Shown: piece by piece, positions 27,604-36,759 of the stretch | How positions within the stretch are numbered: the first letter of the stretch is position 1 | How the letters are laid out: the number at the start of each line of letters is the position of its first letter | Translations under genes and position numbers: made by a program | The notes under the pieces: model-generated | Database searches by the model: none | What the model was told of the DNA's origin: nothing | Seen by the model: only the letters and a program-made list of their open reading frames with translations | From: a virus | Strand: one strand, 5' to 3' | Virus record (IMG/VR): IMGVR_UViG_3300000216_000003 | Span: 1-64,000 of that record | DNA length: 64,000 nucleotides

Positions 27604-29040
27604 CTATCTCTCCAACATATTTTTTAAACTAATATTTAATTGATACATAAGATTCTTCTTCTGTTTTGCCGTTAAATATGTAACTGCATCAATTTTATCA
27701 GTAATATATTCACAATCTTTATATTTTCCATTCGAAAAATATACTGGGTATTTAATCGGTTCTGTTTTATATTTCTTATGACCATGTTTATCAATGAAAA
27801 CATAAAGAACTGTCTCTCCTAATACTTGAATATTAAAAAGAGTAAAATCAGAACTAATTTTTTCTACTTTTTGATCACCTACTAAATTCATATCAGCCTC
27901 AGGTATGGACTCTTTTTTCATTTTAACTAAAATAGAATCTAATTCAGTAATTGCCTTTTCAAATTTAGGCATATTTCTATCAGTAATATCATCAGGAGCC
28001 ATCATAGCAAACTTAGTGCCAAATAATTGGCCGTTATTTTTAGACAATAAACCTTTAATACCATTAGATTGACAAACTTTCTGCCCTAAATATATCTGTA
28101 ATTTAGAGGGGAATTGTTGATGTACTAAATCTGTAACACTTTTACACCCACTAATAACATTTCTTATACCCTTTAATTTATCACCTTCATGCGAATAACA
28201 CATTAGACTATTAGTATAAACATATGTTAAACCATATTTCTTAGTCATCGATTCAAAATGGTATCTAAATAGTTTACCAAAATTATCGGAAAAAGGAAGA
28301 TTATTATTAACATCTTCTAACGAGGGAGACAAGCCAACCACAGCAATATCCACATTACTTGGATTATCAACACAACTAGCATTAGTATCTAAAACTATTG
28401 TACCTTTATTGTTAAGGGTACAAGATTTACAGGCTCCTCTTGTCTTGATATATTGTTTGAACATATCATTGATTTCGGTTACCTTTTCTTTTACATTTAT
28501 TTGCTGTTCTGGAATAACTATTGATTTTTTAGCTTTGCCACTTTTTAATTTTTCTTTACCACCTATAGTAAGTTTAATATTATCTATTATTTCTTCAGAT
28601 ATAATACCTACATTATATAATTCAAATAAGTGATTAATTTCATCCTGGTTTAACGGCTGCTCTTGAACAGTTTTGTAGAATTTATTAATTGTATCAGTAA
28701 ACGTATTACGTGGTAAGTTTTGATACTTACTAAAATATAACTGGTTTAAACTTCTAATGTTAAAGGTATGAAGTAATTTAGCAAAAGTAAATAAGTAATC
28801 TTGTTGATTATATTTATGAAAATCATAAAGATTGTTTAAATATTTATTTACATATACTATGAGTTGAGGATGGTTTAAAATAACATTGTATAGTCTATAT
28901 ACATAACTAGCTTGGAACTCTTTTTCATCAAATATTGGTTTAATACTACTTGGATTTAAGAGCCATTTAGTTAGTTGTTTTATCTTTTTAAACTTTAAAT
29001 CAACTTTACTAATTTTTTTAATACCTGTCGTAGTCTTCAT
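27604..29040 (-). CDS. Multidomain protein with a degenerate family-4 uracil-DNA glycosylase-like domain
   Basis: ACKSCTL..IAVVGLSP..ED..PF..GKL..TNSLMC..C. Confidence 0.7.
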   Translation of the reverse strand: MKTTTGIKKISKVDLKFKKIKQLTKWLLNPSSIKPIFDEKEFQASYVYRLYNVILNHPQLIVYVNKYLNNLYDFHKYNQQDYLFTFAKLLHTFNIRSLNQLYFSKYQNLPRNTFTDTINKFYKTVQEQPLNQDEINHLFELYNVGIISEEIIDNIKLTIGGKEKLKSGKAKKSIVIPEQQINVKEKVTEINDMFKQYIKTRGACKSCTLNNKGTIVLDTNASCVDNPSNVDIAVVGLSPSLEDVNNNLPFSDNFGKLFRYHFESMTKKYGLTYVYTNSLMCYSHEGDKLKGIRNVISGCKSVTDLVHQQFPSKLQIYLGQKVCQSNGIKGLLSKNNGQLFGTKFAMMAPDDITDRNMPKFEKAITELDSILVKMKKESIPEADMNLVGDQKVEKISSDFTLFNIQVLGETVLYVFIDKHGHKKYKTEPIKYPVYFSNGKYKDCEYITDKIDAVTYLTAKQKKNLMYQLNISLKNMLER

Positions 29041-29411
29041 AGCCCTCTCAATGTCTCCATCATCTCAATATCATACATATCGTCTTCTATTTGACCCAAT
29101 AAATCTCTAGTCGGTATTAATTTTTGACCAAGTATCCTCTCTAACTCTTGAGGTACTCCATTATTTATAGTCCATTCTGAAATCTCACCAATTCTATATA
29201 TTCTATGAGTAGATATTGTTACTGTTTTTTGTACATTTATCAATTTAATATGCCACCAGATACTTGTTTTACTTTCTTGATAGTTTCCAAATAATAATAA
29301 TAATTTATCCAGACTTATTTTATACCAAAATGGATGTATTTTAAATAGATTTATATTATAATATTTATCAACAGGACCTTCTACTACAACATAATCTCTA
29401 GCCAACTTCAA
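29037..29411 (-). CDS. Hypothetical protein, family E
   Basis: ISLDKLLLLFGN..WWHIKL. Confidence 0.7.
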   Translation of the reverse strand: MKLARDYVVVEGPVDKYYNINLFKIHPFWYKISLDKLLLLFGNYQESKTSIWWHIKLINVQKTVTISTHRIYRIGEISEWTINNGVPQELERILGQKLIPTRDLLGQIEDDMYDIEMMETLRGL

Positions 29412-29685
29412 GATACTCCCGTATTAACTGTAAGTCTTTTGCTTTCTGATACCTGAATTCATATTCATATCGAACACCATGCCGATTATGCGCCTCTGCC
29501 CAACTAATTTCAAATATTTTCCTACTTTTAATCATCCTCAAAGTCCAACCAAAATCATAAGTAGGTTGACCTAATAAAAGCATTAACTTATCCATAGATA
29601 TTGTTTTCCCACTAACAATAAAATTTTCTGTATGCTTCCATGATGGAATTTGTCGTTGTTCTAATACTTTAAACGGTCTAGGCAT
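29398..29685 (-). CDS. Hypothetical protein, family E
   Basis: ISMDKLMLLLGQP..WTLRM; ends LIREYLEVG. Confidence 0.7.
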   Translation of the reverse strand: MPRPFKVLEQRQIPSWKHTENFIVSGKTISMDKLMLLLGQPTYDFGWTLRMIKSRKIFEISWAEAHNRHGVRYEYEFRYQKAKDLQLIREYLEVG

Positions 29686-29701
29686 TTATTAGTTCCTAAA
29701 T

Positions 29702-29734
29702 AAAAAGGGAGAGAACGTTAATTCTCTCCCTTTT
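29702..29734 (-). terminator. Intrinsic terminator
   Basis: AAAAGGGAGAGAA-cgttaa-TTCTCTCCCTTTT. Confidence 0.8.
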
Positions 29735-29748
29735 GTTGTGCTTAGTGA

Positions 29749-30225
29749 TTAGGCTAGGATATCGTCCAAGATGGAGTCGATATCGGATTTGCCTTTACCT
29801 TTAGCAGCGCCACCGCCAAATTCTTTATGTGGAAGTTTTGCTTCAACATAAGCTTGTAGTTTTGCAATTGAACCTTGATCATTAGCAGCTTTAGCAGCTT
29901 CAATACGATCTTCAATGTTCTTACGGGTCTGTCTTACACAATTATAAACTTGTTGTCTAGTTACTTCATTACCATTGAGCTTAGAGAGCTCTTGTGCAAT
30001 GATGGAAGTATCTTTAGTAGCATACTGATCTAGAATGATCTTCTTATCTTCAGAAGTCAAACGAACAGCAGGCTTCTTACGAACTTCGCCATTTTTATTT
30101 ACTTTAGCGCCACCGGGAACGGCAGGAGCAGTTGCATCAGGAGCGGCATCAGCGACAGCGGCAACAACAGGGGCAACAGCAGGAGTAGCGGCAGGAGCTT
30201 TGGCGAAAGGGTTAGGTGCATTCAT
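29749..30225 (-). CDS. Putative DNA-binding (HTH) protein with Ala/Pro-rich N-terminus
   Basis: RLTSEDKKII..IAQELS..VTRQQVYNCV HTH-like segment; followed by a strong terminator. Confidence 0.6.
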   Translation of the reverse strand: MNAPNPFAKAPAATPAVAPVVAAVADAAPDATAPAVPGGAKVNKNGEVRKKPAVRLTSEDKKIILDQYATKDTSIIAQELSKLNGNEVTRQQVYNCVRQTRKNIEDRIEAAKAANDQGSIAKLQAYVEAKLPHKEFGGGAAKGKGKSDIDSILDDILA

Positions 30226-30260
30226 GTTTTTAAATCCTTTTTTTTATGATTAATGTTTGT

Positions 30261-32021
30261 TTATTGTGCACTTGAAAATAAGCGCGAAATGTTAAATCTC
30301 TCTACATCTTGACATAATCGTCTTTTTAAATCGACATTTGTAATACATTGCATAATTGCCCCACTCTCTTCACCGAGAGGAGGTTGTAGTATATATTCAA
30401 CAGGTTGTTGTTTAGTAACAACTTCCAGGTGATCTGCGCTCATTTCTCCTAATCCTTTAAAGCGCTTAACTTCGAATCCATTCGAACTATATTGGTCAAT
30501 AAGAGACTCATCATATATGGGTATCATAGGATGTTTCTTTTTAAGTGCACCATATAGAGGTGGCACTATAATAGATACCCGTTTTTCTGTAATTAGACTT
30601 GGAGCGTAACGCCAAAGTGCTATTAAAACTAATACCACAATGTGCATTCCATCCGCATCAGCATCACATATTATTTTTACATTATCATATCTAAATCTGC
30701 GTTTCCCTACGCCGATCGCTTCCAATAAATATTTTACTTTCCCTTTTTCTTTTTCTGTAACTTTTCCAATTGATTTATTAATCGTATTTTCGATTTTACC
30801 AGATAATGGAAATATTGCTTCATCTTTTGCGTTTCTAATCTCAAGCAATGTTCCTCCGGCAGAGTCACCTTCTAGTATATATAATATTTTACCAGGAGAG
30901 TTCTTACAATCTTTTAATGGATTGCCAGACGATACTCTTTTGCCTCTACTTCCAAGTGTTTTTTTAGCTTTTTTATTCGATTTAAGATTTGTAATAAATT
31001 CAAAATGCTCTTTGAATAAAGGAATCTTTAATGAGACATCCCCTTTTAATTTATTAATTACAGATGACATGTTTTTTGTCATTTTTGTTTTAATCTGACT
31101 ATCAAACTTAGGCTCTGGGACTGTTACAGATACATACATTTTTAAATATGAAAGAATATCATTCTTTGTAAGTTTAGACGTTTCTTCTAAGTATTCTTTA
31201 ACACAATTATAAATTAATGTTGAAGAATTTGTTAGATATGTGCCTTCACATATATTAAGATTAACATCTCCTTTTATAGTGTGTGCTTGTCTTCCGATTG
31301 AATCATAAGTAAAGAAAATATCAATATTATCAGCTATAGATACATGTTCTAACGTATCTGCACCTACTTCTTGTTTCGCATAATCATATAATGAATTTAC
31401 TTTAATCTGATCATTATTTAATAATAAGTAATGGTCAGGATTATGTGCCGAAACTAGTTCTAATCTTTTTCTTAGTTTATCTAAATCATATTCAGCAGAA
31501 ACAAAATATTGAGGGTCTACTGCAAATACAATTTGAGTAGTCCAACTATTTGAATCTTTAGTTATGATCTTTGAATGGAATGTTGAATCTTGGAAATAAT
31601 AATTAATAACTTCATCTTTATTAATAGGATTTCTTAATATTAAATTCATTCGGGTAGATAATGCATTAACAGCTGTTAATCCAATACCGTGTAATCCAAT
31701 AGCATTTTTATATCCACTATTATCGAATTTTCCACCAGTTTTAGCTTGTGTAGCAATAGCAATAGGTGATTCGAGAAAGCTGCCATCTGGCATTTGGACA
31801 TTTTGTATTGGAATACCCCTACCATTATCCGTAATAGTTACACTATTATCCGGATTAATATCCACAGCAACGGCTGTTGCATATCCATTAGCTAACTCAT
31901 CTAGTGAATTATCTAATACTTCTGTAATCAAGTGATCTGGACTATTGGTATCTCCAATATACATCCCAGGTCTTTGGCGAATATGTTCAATATCCCCCAT
32001 TGCTTGAATAGTGACGCTCAT
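30261..32021 (-). CDS. gyrB: Type IIA topoisomerase B subunit (GyrB/ParE-like)
   Basis: HIRQRPGMYIG, EVLDNSLDE, DNGRGIP, GGKF, GLHGIG, EGDSA, PLSGKI, DADADG, RFKGLGEM. Confidence 0.95.
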   Translation of the reverse strand: MSVTIQAMGDIEHIRQRPGMYIGDTNSPDHLITEVLDNSLDELANGYATAVAVDINPDNSVTITDNGRGIPIQNVQMPDGSFLESPIAIATQAKTGGKFDNSGYKNAIGLHGIGLTAVNALSTRMNLILRNPINKDEVINYYFQDSTFHSKIITKDSNSWTTQIVFAVDPQYFVSAEYDLDKLRKRLELVSAHNPDHYLLLNNDQIKVNSLYDYAKQEVGADTLEHVSIADNIDIFFTYDSIGRQAHTIKGDVNLNICEGTYLTNSSTLIYNCVKEYLEETSKLTKNDILSYLKMYVSVTVPEPKFDSQIKTKMTKNMSSVINKLKGDVSLKIPLFKEHFEFITNLKSNKKAKKTLGSRGKRVSSGNPLKDCKNSPGKILYILEGDSAGGTLLEIRNAKDEAIFPLSGKIENTINKSIGKVTEKEKGKVKYLLEAIGVGKRRFRYDNVKIICDADADGMHIVVLVLIALWRYAPSLITEKRVSIIVPPLYGALKKKHPMIPIYDESLIDQYSSNGFEVKRFKGLGEMSADHLEVVTKQQPVEYILQPPLGEESGAIMQCITNVDLKRRLCQDVERFNISRLFSSAQ

Positions 32022-32066
32022 AAATTTATCACCTATTTTTGAACAATTAAAACTGCTTTCATTAAA

Positions 32067-32094
32067 ATAATATCTATATAAGATTTTTGAAAAC
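32067..32094 (-). promoter_or_regulatory. Phage promoter GTTTTCA-N9-TATAGATATTAT upstream of gyrB
   Basis: Motif copy. Confidence 0.75.
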
Positions 32095-32117
32095 GTGGTT
32101 ATGTACTAAAATCTTAG

Positions 32118-32945
32118 TTATTTGGATGTTCTTAATAATGACAAAATGGGATAGATGAAGTATCTAAGAATCCATTTTGGATTTGATGTTATAATACTTT
32201 TTTCAAGTGTACCATTCTGAGTAATCGTCTTGCCATTGTCGAAAACATAGTAATATTTATATTTTTCAAATTCTCCAGACTTTTTCAAAATATCCATATA
32301 AGTCTTAGAATATATCTTATAAATATACGTCAAAACTCTAGGATCCCCTGAAAATATAGCCGGAAGTAATTCTTTTACTATGTATTCCGGTGGTGACTTT
32401 AATTGTCCTTTTACATCTATTTTATTGTTATACTCATATATAGATGTTTTATTAAAACGCATGTATTTAATTACATCATTGATATGAAATTTTACATCAT
32501 TATCTAATATATAATTACTAAATGTAATATTTTTTGAATCTACTGGTATTCCACTAAATACAGCACCATCTTTTTTATATTCAAGTATGTTAACATTATC
32601 CCAATCATTATATATCTTACCTAAACAAAATACTTTTGAATACATATTTAAATCAGATATATAATTATGATTAGGGGTAGATGCTTGTTTTAATGTTGTT
32701 GCTATAAATATATTCCGTTCTAATTTTGATTCTAAACTGAATATACGTTTGACAAAGTCATTATCTTTTCCAAATATTATTTTACAAATAGTTGGAAATG
32801 CAGATGTAATATCAAGCTCAATGATATCTTCTGCTAATATTTGCGTTTGGTTATCATCGGCATAATAATATGCAAATTTTTCTCCAATATTGCCAATAGC
32901 ACAGTCTTTAGTTAATCGAGCATAGTCATCAAGAAGATCGATCAC
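32118..32945 (-). CDS. Minimal divergent PolB-like nucleotidyltransferase
   Basis: ELDITSAFPTI (motif A-like), EYKKDGAVF (motif C-like), IDVKG. Confidence 0.55.
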   Translation of the reverse strand: MIDLLDDYARLTKDCAIGNIGEKFAYYYADDNQTQILAEDIIELDITSAFPTICKIIFGKDNDFVKRIFSLESKLERNIFIATTLKQASTPNHNYISDLNMYSKVFCLGKIYNDWDNVNILEYKKDGAVFSGIPVDSKNITFSNYILDNDVKFHINDVIKYMRFNKTSIYEYNNKIDVKGQLKSPPEYIVKELLPAIFSGDPRVLTYIYKIYSKTYMDILKKSGEFEKYKYYYVFDNGKTITQNGTLEKSIITSNPKWILRYFIYPILSLLRTSK

Positions 32946-33170
32946 TGTCTCTACTTCGCATAATAATATTCACTCCAATTCCTATAATAATAGATACTAT
33001 AGTTCCCGCTAGAAAATCAATCAAGAGTTATTATTCCGTTTTTGTTCTGCGTCAGAATAAATAACTCTAATTGCGTGAAGTCCTACACATGCTAGTAGAA
33101 GTAGTAATAGCTCGCCCATTTTATTAAACACTCCATGTTAATTTATTTTAGTCATTCTCTGGGGTACTCC

Positions 33171-34172
33171 TTACATATTGAGTTTTAGAACACGATCTAT
33201 TGCCTCACTTAGAAATGCTAAGTAATGTAAATATGGCAACTTCTTCGTTGAATGAGATTCCAAATACTGTGAAACCAGAATTTTTAATGGGAGAAAATGT
33301 ATCTTATTGTTTATTTCTTCATAAATAGTTTCATAATGTAAATCTCTACTAAATTGTGCAATCTCTAATATTTGAGCATAAGGTTGTGATATTGGAGAAT
33401 TTAATGGACTAGATAGTATTAATTTTTTAGATGTAATATCTGTAGCAGATAAAATAATATTCATTATTTCTAATGTCTTATTAATAATCAGTTCTTCATT
33501 AGAAGATATTTTAGTCTTAACATTACTAAAATCTAACTGCCCATTCAAGGCATTAACTTGAAGACTGGTAATTAAATTCCTAAGCCCCATACTAAAGTTA
33601 GTAAAAGCATAGTTTTTTAATTCTTCTTCATTATACGTAATATTTTCACTATCTAAAATTTGTTTTAATCGAACATATGTGCCTTCCTGGTTAACACCTT
33701 TAAATTCGATAATATGATTAAATCTACTTTGTACAGCAGGGTCAATCTTATTTAAATAATTGGTGGTTGCGATAAAAGTAGCATGGGATTGAAAATTCTC
33801 TAATGTGCCATCTTTAAGTTGAATTAATGCCTGATTTGATAATCTATCAAATTCTTCAATAACGATAATTTTCTTACTGGATTTAATTGCTCTTTTTTGA
33901 ACCCATGTCGATAGAGCATCAATCTCCTGTACAGAACGACTTTTAATCTTATTTAAATCGTTACTATTTTTAATAAATTTGTTAACTAGAATTGAAATAA
34001 GTGCAGATTTACCAGTTCCTGGTTTTCCGCATAAGAGTAAATTTCCATCAATATGGCCGGCCTCCAACCACTTTTGTACTTGATCTTCAAGAGCTTTACT
34101 CTCAAAGACGTACTCGTCAATACCTTTCGGCTTATATTTCATAAACCAACTAGTATCAAGAATATTACCCAT
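33171..34172 (-). CDS. Clamp loader AAA+ subunit (T4 gp44/RFC-like)
   Basis: WFMKYKP, GKPGTGKS, EEFDRLS, TTN, VQSRF. Confidence 0.92.
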   Translation of the reverse strand: MGNILDTSWFMKYKPKGIDEYVFESKALEDQVQKWLEAGHIDGNLLLCGKPGTGKSALISILVNKFIKNSNDLNKIKSRSVQEIDALSTWVQKRAIKSSKKIIVIEEFDRLSNQALIQLKDGTLENFQSHATFIATTNYLNKIDPAVQSRFNHIIEFKGVNQEGTYVRLKQILDSENITYNEEELKNYAFTNFSMGLRNLITSLQVNALNGQLDFSNVKTKISSNEELIINKTLEIMNIILSATDITSKKLILSSPLNSPISQPYAQILEIAQFSRDLHYETIYEEINNKIHFLPLKILVSQYLESHSTKKLPYLHYLAFLSEAIDRVLKLNM

Positions 34173-34212
34173 GTTTCTCCTTTATATAGTAATCAAAGTA
34201 AAATCCCAATTT

Positions 34213-34240
34213 ATTATATCTATATGTCTATTTTAAAAAC
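34213..34240 (-). promoter_or_regulatory. Phage promoter upstream of the clamp loader
   Basis: GTTTTTA-N9-TATAGATATAAT. Confidence 0.75.
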
Positions 34241-34252
34241 ACAAATAAATCT

Positions 34253-34492
34253 TCAGGCATTCTCAAGGAATGCCCGAAGAAGAAGTCTATTGTTTCTTTC
34301 ATTTGTTGATGATCTTATTATTTCTGGTATATATTTTACATCCAACCAATGATATCCGGTTCCTTCCCAGAATTGTATATTTAATACATATTCATTAGTT
34401 GCATCTTGTTTTAATTTAGCAATGGGTTTATTATTTTTTAATAGACAATAAGCCCATTCACTCCAACCTAAATCTTCTTCATTATAAATCAT
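34253..34492 (-). CDS. Small protein, family F, C-tagged
   Basis: Ends LLRAFLENA; no coupled downstream gene. Confidence 0.75.
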   Translation of the reverse strand: MIYNEEDLGWSEWAYCLLKNNKPIAKLKQDATNEYVLNIQFWEGTGYHWLDVKYIPEIIRSSTNERNNRLLLRAFLENA

Positions 34493-34689
34493 ACTAATAA
34501 TAATAAGGCTTTACTAAGTTCTACCTTATTTTCTTTATTAGTACATATTTTTAAATACATACGAATATAATCTAATGATAAAAATATGGAAAAACTAGGA
34601 TCATCATTTAGATACGTCACTTTAAATATTGCAGTATTTCCTGAAACTTTTTGGTATACAAAATTAGATCTATTTACAATATGTTTCAT
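34489..34689 (-). CDS. Small protein, family F, C-tagged
   Basis: Ends CTNKENKVELSKALLLLV. Confidence 0.7.
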   Translation of the reverse strand: MKHIVNRSNFVYQKVSGNTAIFKVTYLNDDPSFSIFLSLDYIRMYLKICTNKENKVELSKALLLLV

Positions 34690-34937
34690 TAACTTTCTTC
34701 TAAAACTAGGCGCATTATTCTGTATTCATCTTCTTTAGATATGCAGTATTTAGAAATTTCTCTTATATTTATACTATCTTTATCTAATTCCCAATAAGGA
34801 CACCCATCACTACCATGAACAAGACATGCTCCAGCTGGTACAGATTTCATCTTTAATTTAATTTGTTCATCATGTGATATTCTAAATTTAACATTAGGAA
34901 TGAAAGAATCCATCCCTCCAAGTGTATTTAAAAACAT
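34689..34937 (-). CDS. Small protein, family F, C-tagged
   Basis: Ends CISKEDEYRIMRLVLEES. Confidence 0.75.
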   Translation of the reverse strand: MFLNTLGGMDSFIPNVKFRISHDEQIKLKMKSVPAGACLVHGSDGCPYWELDKDSINIREISKYCISKEDEYRIMRLVLEES

Positions 34938-34947
34938 ATTAATACCT

Positions 34948-35235
34948 TTATGTTTGACTTAGTATAAATCGAGTTAGTTCATATTTAGCCTGTCGAGTAC
35001 TGCATCTATTTATCATTCTTTTAGCCCCATCTACCGTCATCATATAAGTAGTTGGAAATAATTTAGATTTATTATAAAAATTATAGTATGGTTCAGTTTT
35101 TATTCTAAATACGCCACTATCTCCTATCATATGGTTTAATTTAATTTCCATTATAGTTACATTATCAAGATAGTGTTTTATTTCATCACCTTGTGTTATT
35201 ATTTTATATTTCCAGTTGCGATACCATTCAATCAT
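34948..35235 (-). CDS. Small protein, family F, C-tagged
   Basis: Ends CSTRQAKYELTRFILSQT. Confidence 0.75.
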   Translation of the reverse strand: MIEWYRNWKYKIITQGDEIKHYLDNVTIMEIKLNHMIGDSGVFRIKTEPYYNFYNKSKLFPTTYMMTVDGAKRMINRCSTRQAKYELTRFILSQT

Positions 35236-35429
35236 AATAGTTTCAATATTAATTTAGTTAAAACATTTTTAGCTTTAGATGTAGTGCAATGATTTAAGAT
35301 GATTCTTGCATCATCAACACCTCTAACGAATAGAGGCATATGACGATCATCATCAAATACCACATATACATGACTACTATCTGGCCATTCATAGGCATTT
35401 ATAATTCTATGAGAATTTAATAATATCAT
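35232..35429 (-). CDS. Small protein, family F, C-tagged
   Basis: Ends CTTSKAKNVLTKLILKLL. Confidence 0.75.
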   Translation of the reverse strand: MILLNSHRIINAYEWPDSSHVYVVFDDDRHMPLFVRGVDDARIILNHCTTSKAKNVLTKLILKLL

Positions 35430-35656
35430 GAATGTTCCAATATAAATTTAGTAAGAGTATGTTTTGCTTTATCAGTAATGCAATCAAGTAGATAACTTTT
35501 AGCTAAATATGGGCTTAAATGCATCTCTCTTTTAACTCCGATTGCTTCAGTAACTGTTACAATTGGACATTTTTTACATGTAATTGGTTCCCATATAAAA
35601 ACATCAACTATTCCTATAACGGCTAATATTTCTTCTTCCGTTAATATATCACTCAT
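35426..35656 (-). CDS. Small protein, family F, C-tagged
   Basis: Ends CITDKAKHTLTKFILEHS. Confidence 0.75.
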   Translation of the reverse strand: MSDILTEEEILAVIGIVDVFIWEPITCKKCPIVTVTEAIGVKREMHLSPYLAKSYLLDCITDKAKHTLTKFILEHS

Positions 35657-35850
35657 GACTCCTCTAATAATATTCTAAGTAGTTGTTTATCTACTCCAGG
35701 AACATGCGGTTCTTGCATTAACTCTTTAATTGTTTCAGGTGTATTTTTATATCTCATTACTTGATTATACTTATTATACTTATTATACCTTCGAACGAGT
35801 ATATCTAAAGGCCAATTAGATCCATCTTTAGTATTTATAACTTTGAGAAT
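35653..35850 (-). CDS. Small C-tagged protein with an ATT start (or a mutated ATG)
   Basis: Manual: (I)LKVINTKDGSNWPLD...DKQLLRILLEES*; ATT sits at the usual TAATG coupling position after AAGGA. Confidence 0.55.
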   Translation of the reverse strand: MLKVINTKDGSNWPLDILVRRYNKYNKYNQVMRYKNTPETIKELMQEPHVPGVDKQLLRILLEES

Positions 35851-36284
35851 TATACAGTCCTTAATAAGTATCTCCCAATATTCATTTTTAATTGAGGTCT
35901 CTTTACCAGTTCAAAATATTCTTTTAACATACTTGGTTTTGGACTTTTTGCTATTAATAAATCAACACTATCTAATGATATCTTGTTATAATCACTAATA
36001 TGCACTTTTCTGGCGGTTAAATCAAAATACAGGATAGTATCGATAATATTAAAAGTTATTAATACTTGATCTTCGAAATCAAATATACAAACACCTGTAA
36101 ATTGTTCAATATCTGTATGAGGACAATTTTTTAAATGACAATCTCTTATTCTTTTCTGTTCTGATATGCGCTTAATATACCGATTGGATTGTGGTTCAAG
36201 GGAAGACCATTTATAACCAATACCAGTACTTATTGGTTTTTCATATTCTTTTTCACTAAGTACATCATATCCAAAATGACACAT
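35850..36284 (-). CDS. Hypothetical protein, C-tagged
   Basis: Ends IGRYLLRTV. Confidence 0.7.
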   Translation of the reverse strand: MCHFGYDVLSEKEYEKPISTGIGYKWSSLEPQSNRYIKRISEQKRIRDCHLKNCPHTDIEQFTGVCIFDFEDQVLITFNIIDTILYFDLTARKVHISDYNKISLDSVDLLIAKSPKPSMLKEYFELVKRPQLKMNIGRYLLRTV

Positions 36285-36562
36285 TATGATCTCTCTAGTA
36301 TAAGTTTAGTAAGTGCATTCCTAGCTTGTCGTGTGCTGCATCTAGGTAATAGTTTAAGCGCATCTTCTTTTGTTAAATGAATTGCCGCAGGAAACCTATT
36401 CCGACGAAATTGCCATTCATTATAATACGGCTCCGGTGTAATTCTGTATGAGTGTAGAAGTTGTTCATATTCAACTAACATAATCGTAGTAGTTAATAGA
36501 TGAGTTATGATATCTTTATATAATTGATTACCTCCATAATCAAATCCATAATCAAACCCCAT
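36284..36562 (-). CDS. Small protein, family F, C-tagged
   Basis: Ends CSTRQARNALTKLILERS; shares RI.xEPYYN with 34948. Confidence 0.75.
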   Translation of the reverse strand: MGFDYGFDYGGNQLYKDIITHLLTTTIMLVEYEQLLHSYRITPEPYYNEWQFRRNRFPAAIHLTKEDALKLLPRCSTRQARNALTKLILERS

Positions 36563-36759
36563 TATATAGACTCTAATATAAATTTAGTAAGTTCATTTTT
36601 TGCTTGAGGTGTAATGCATCTGGATAGCATATCTTGCGCCTTTATTTTATCCATCATAATATAATAAACTTTCCTATCCAGAGTTATTACTTTAAAATCT
36701 GGACAGGAAAAATGTTCGGTTGGAAGTATACGAATCTCAATTACATCAGTTACTGGCAT
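36562..36759 (-). CDS. Small protein, family F, C-tagged
   Basis: Ends CITPQAKNELTKFILESI. Confidence 0.75.
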   Translation of the reverse strand: MPVTDVIEIRILPTEHFSCPDFKVITLDRKVYYIMMDKIKAQDMLSRCITPQAKNELTKFILESI

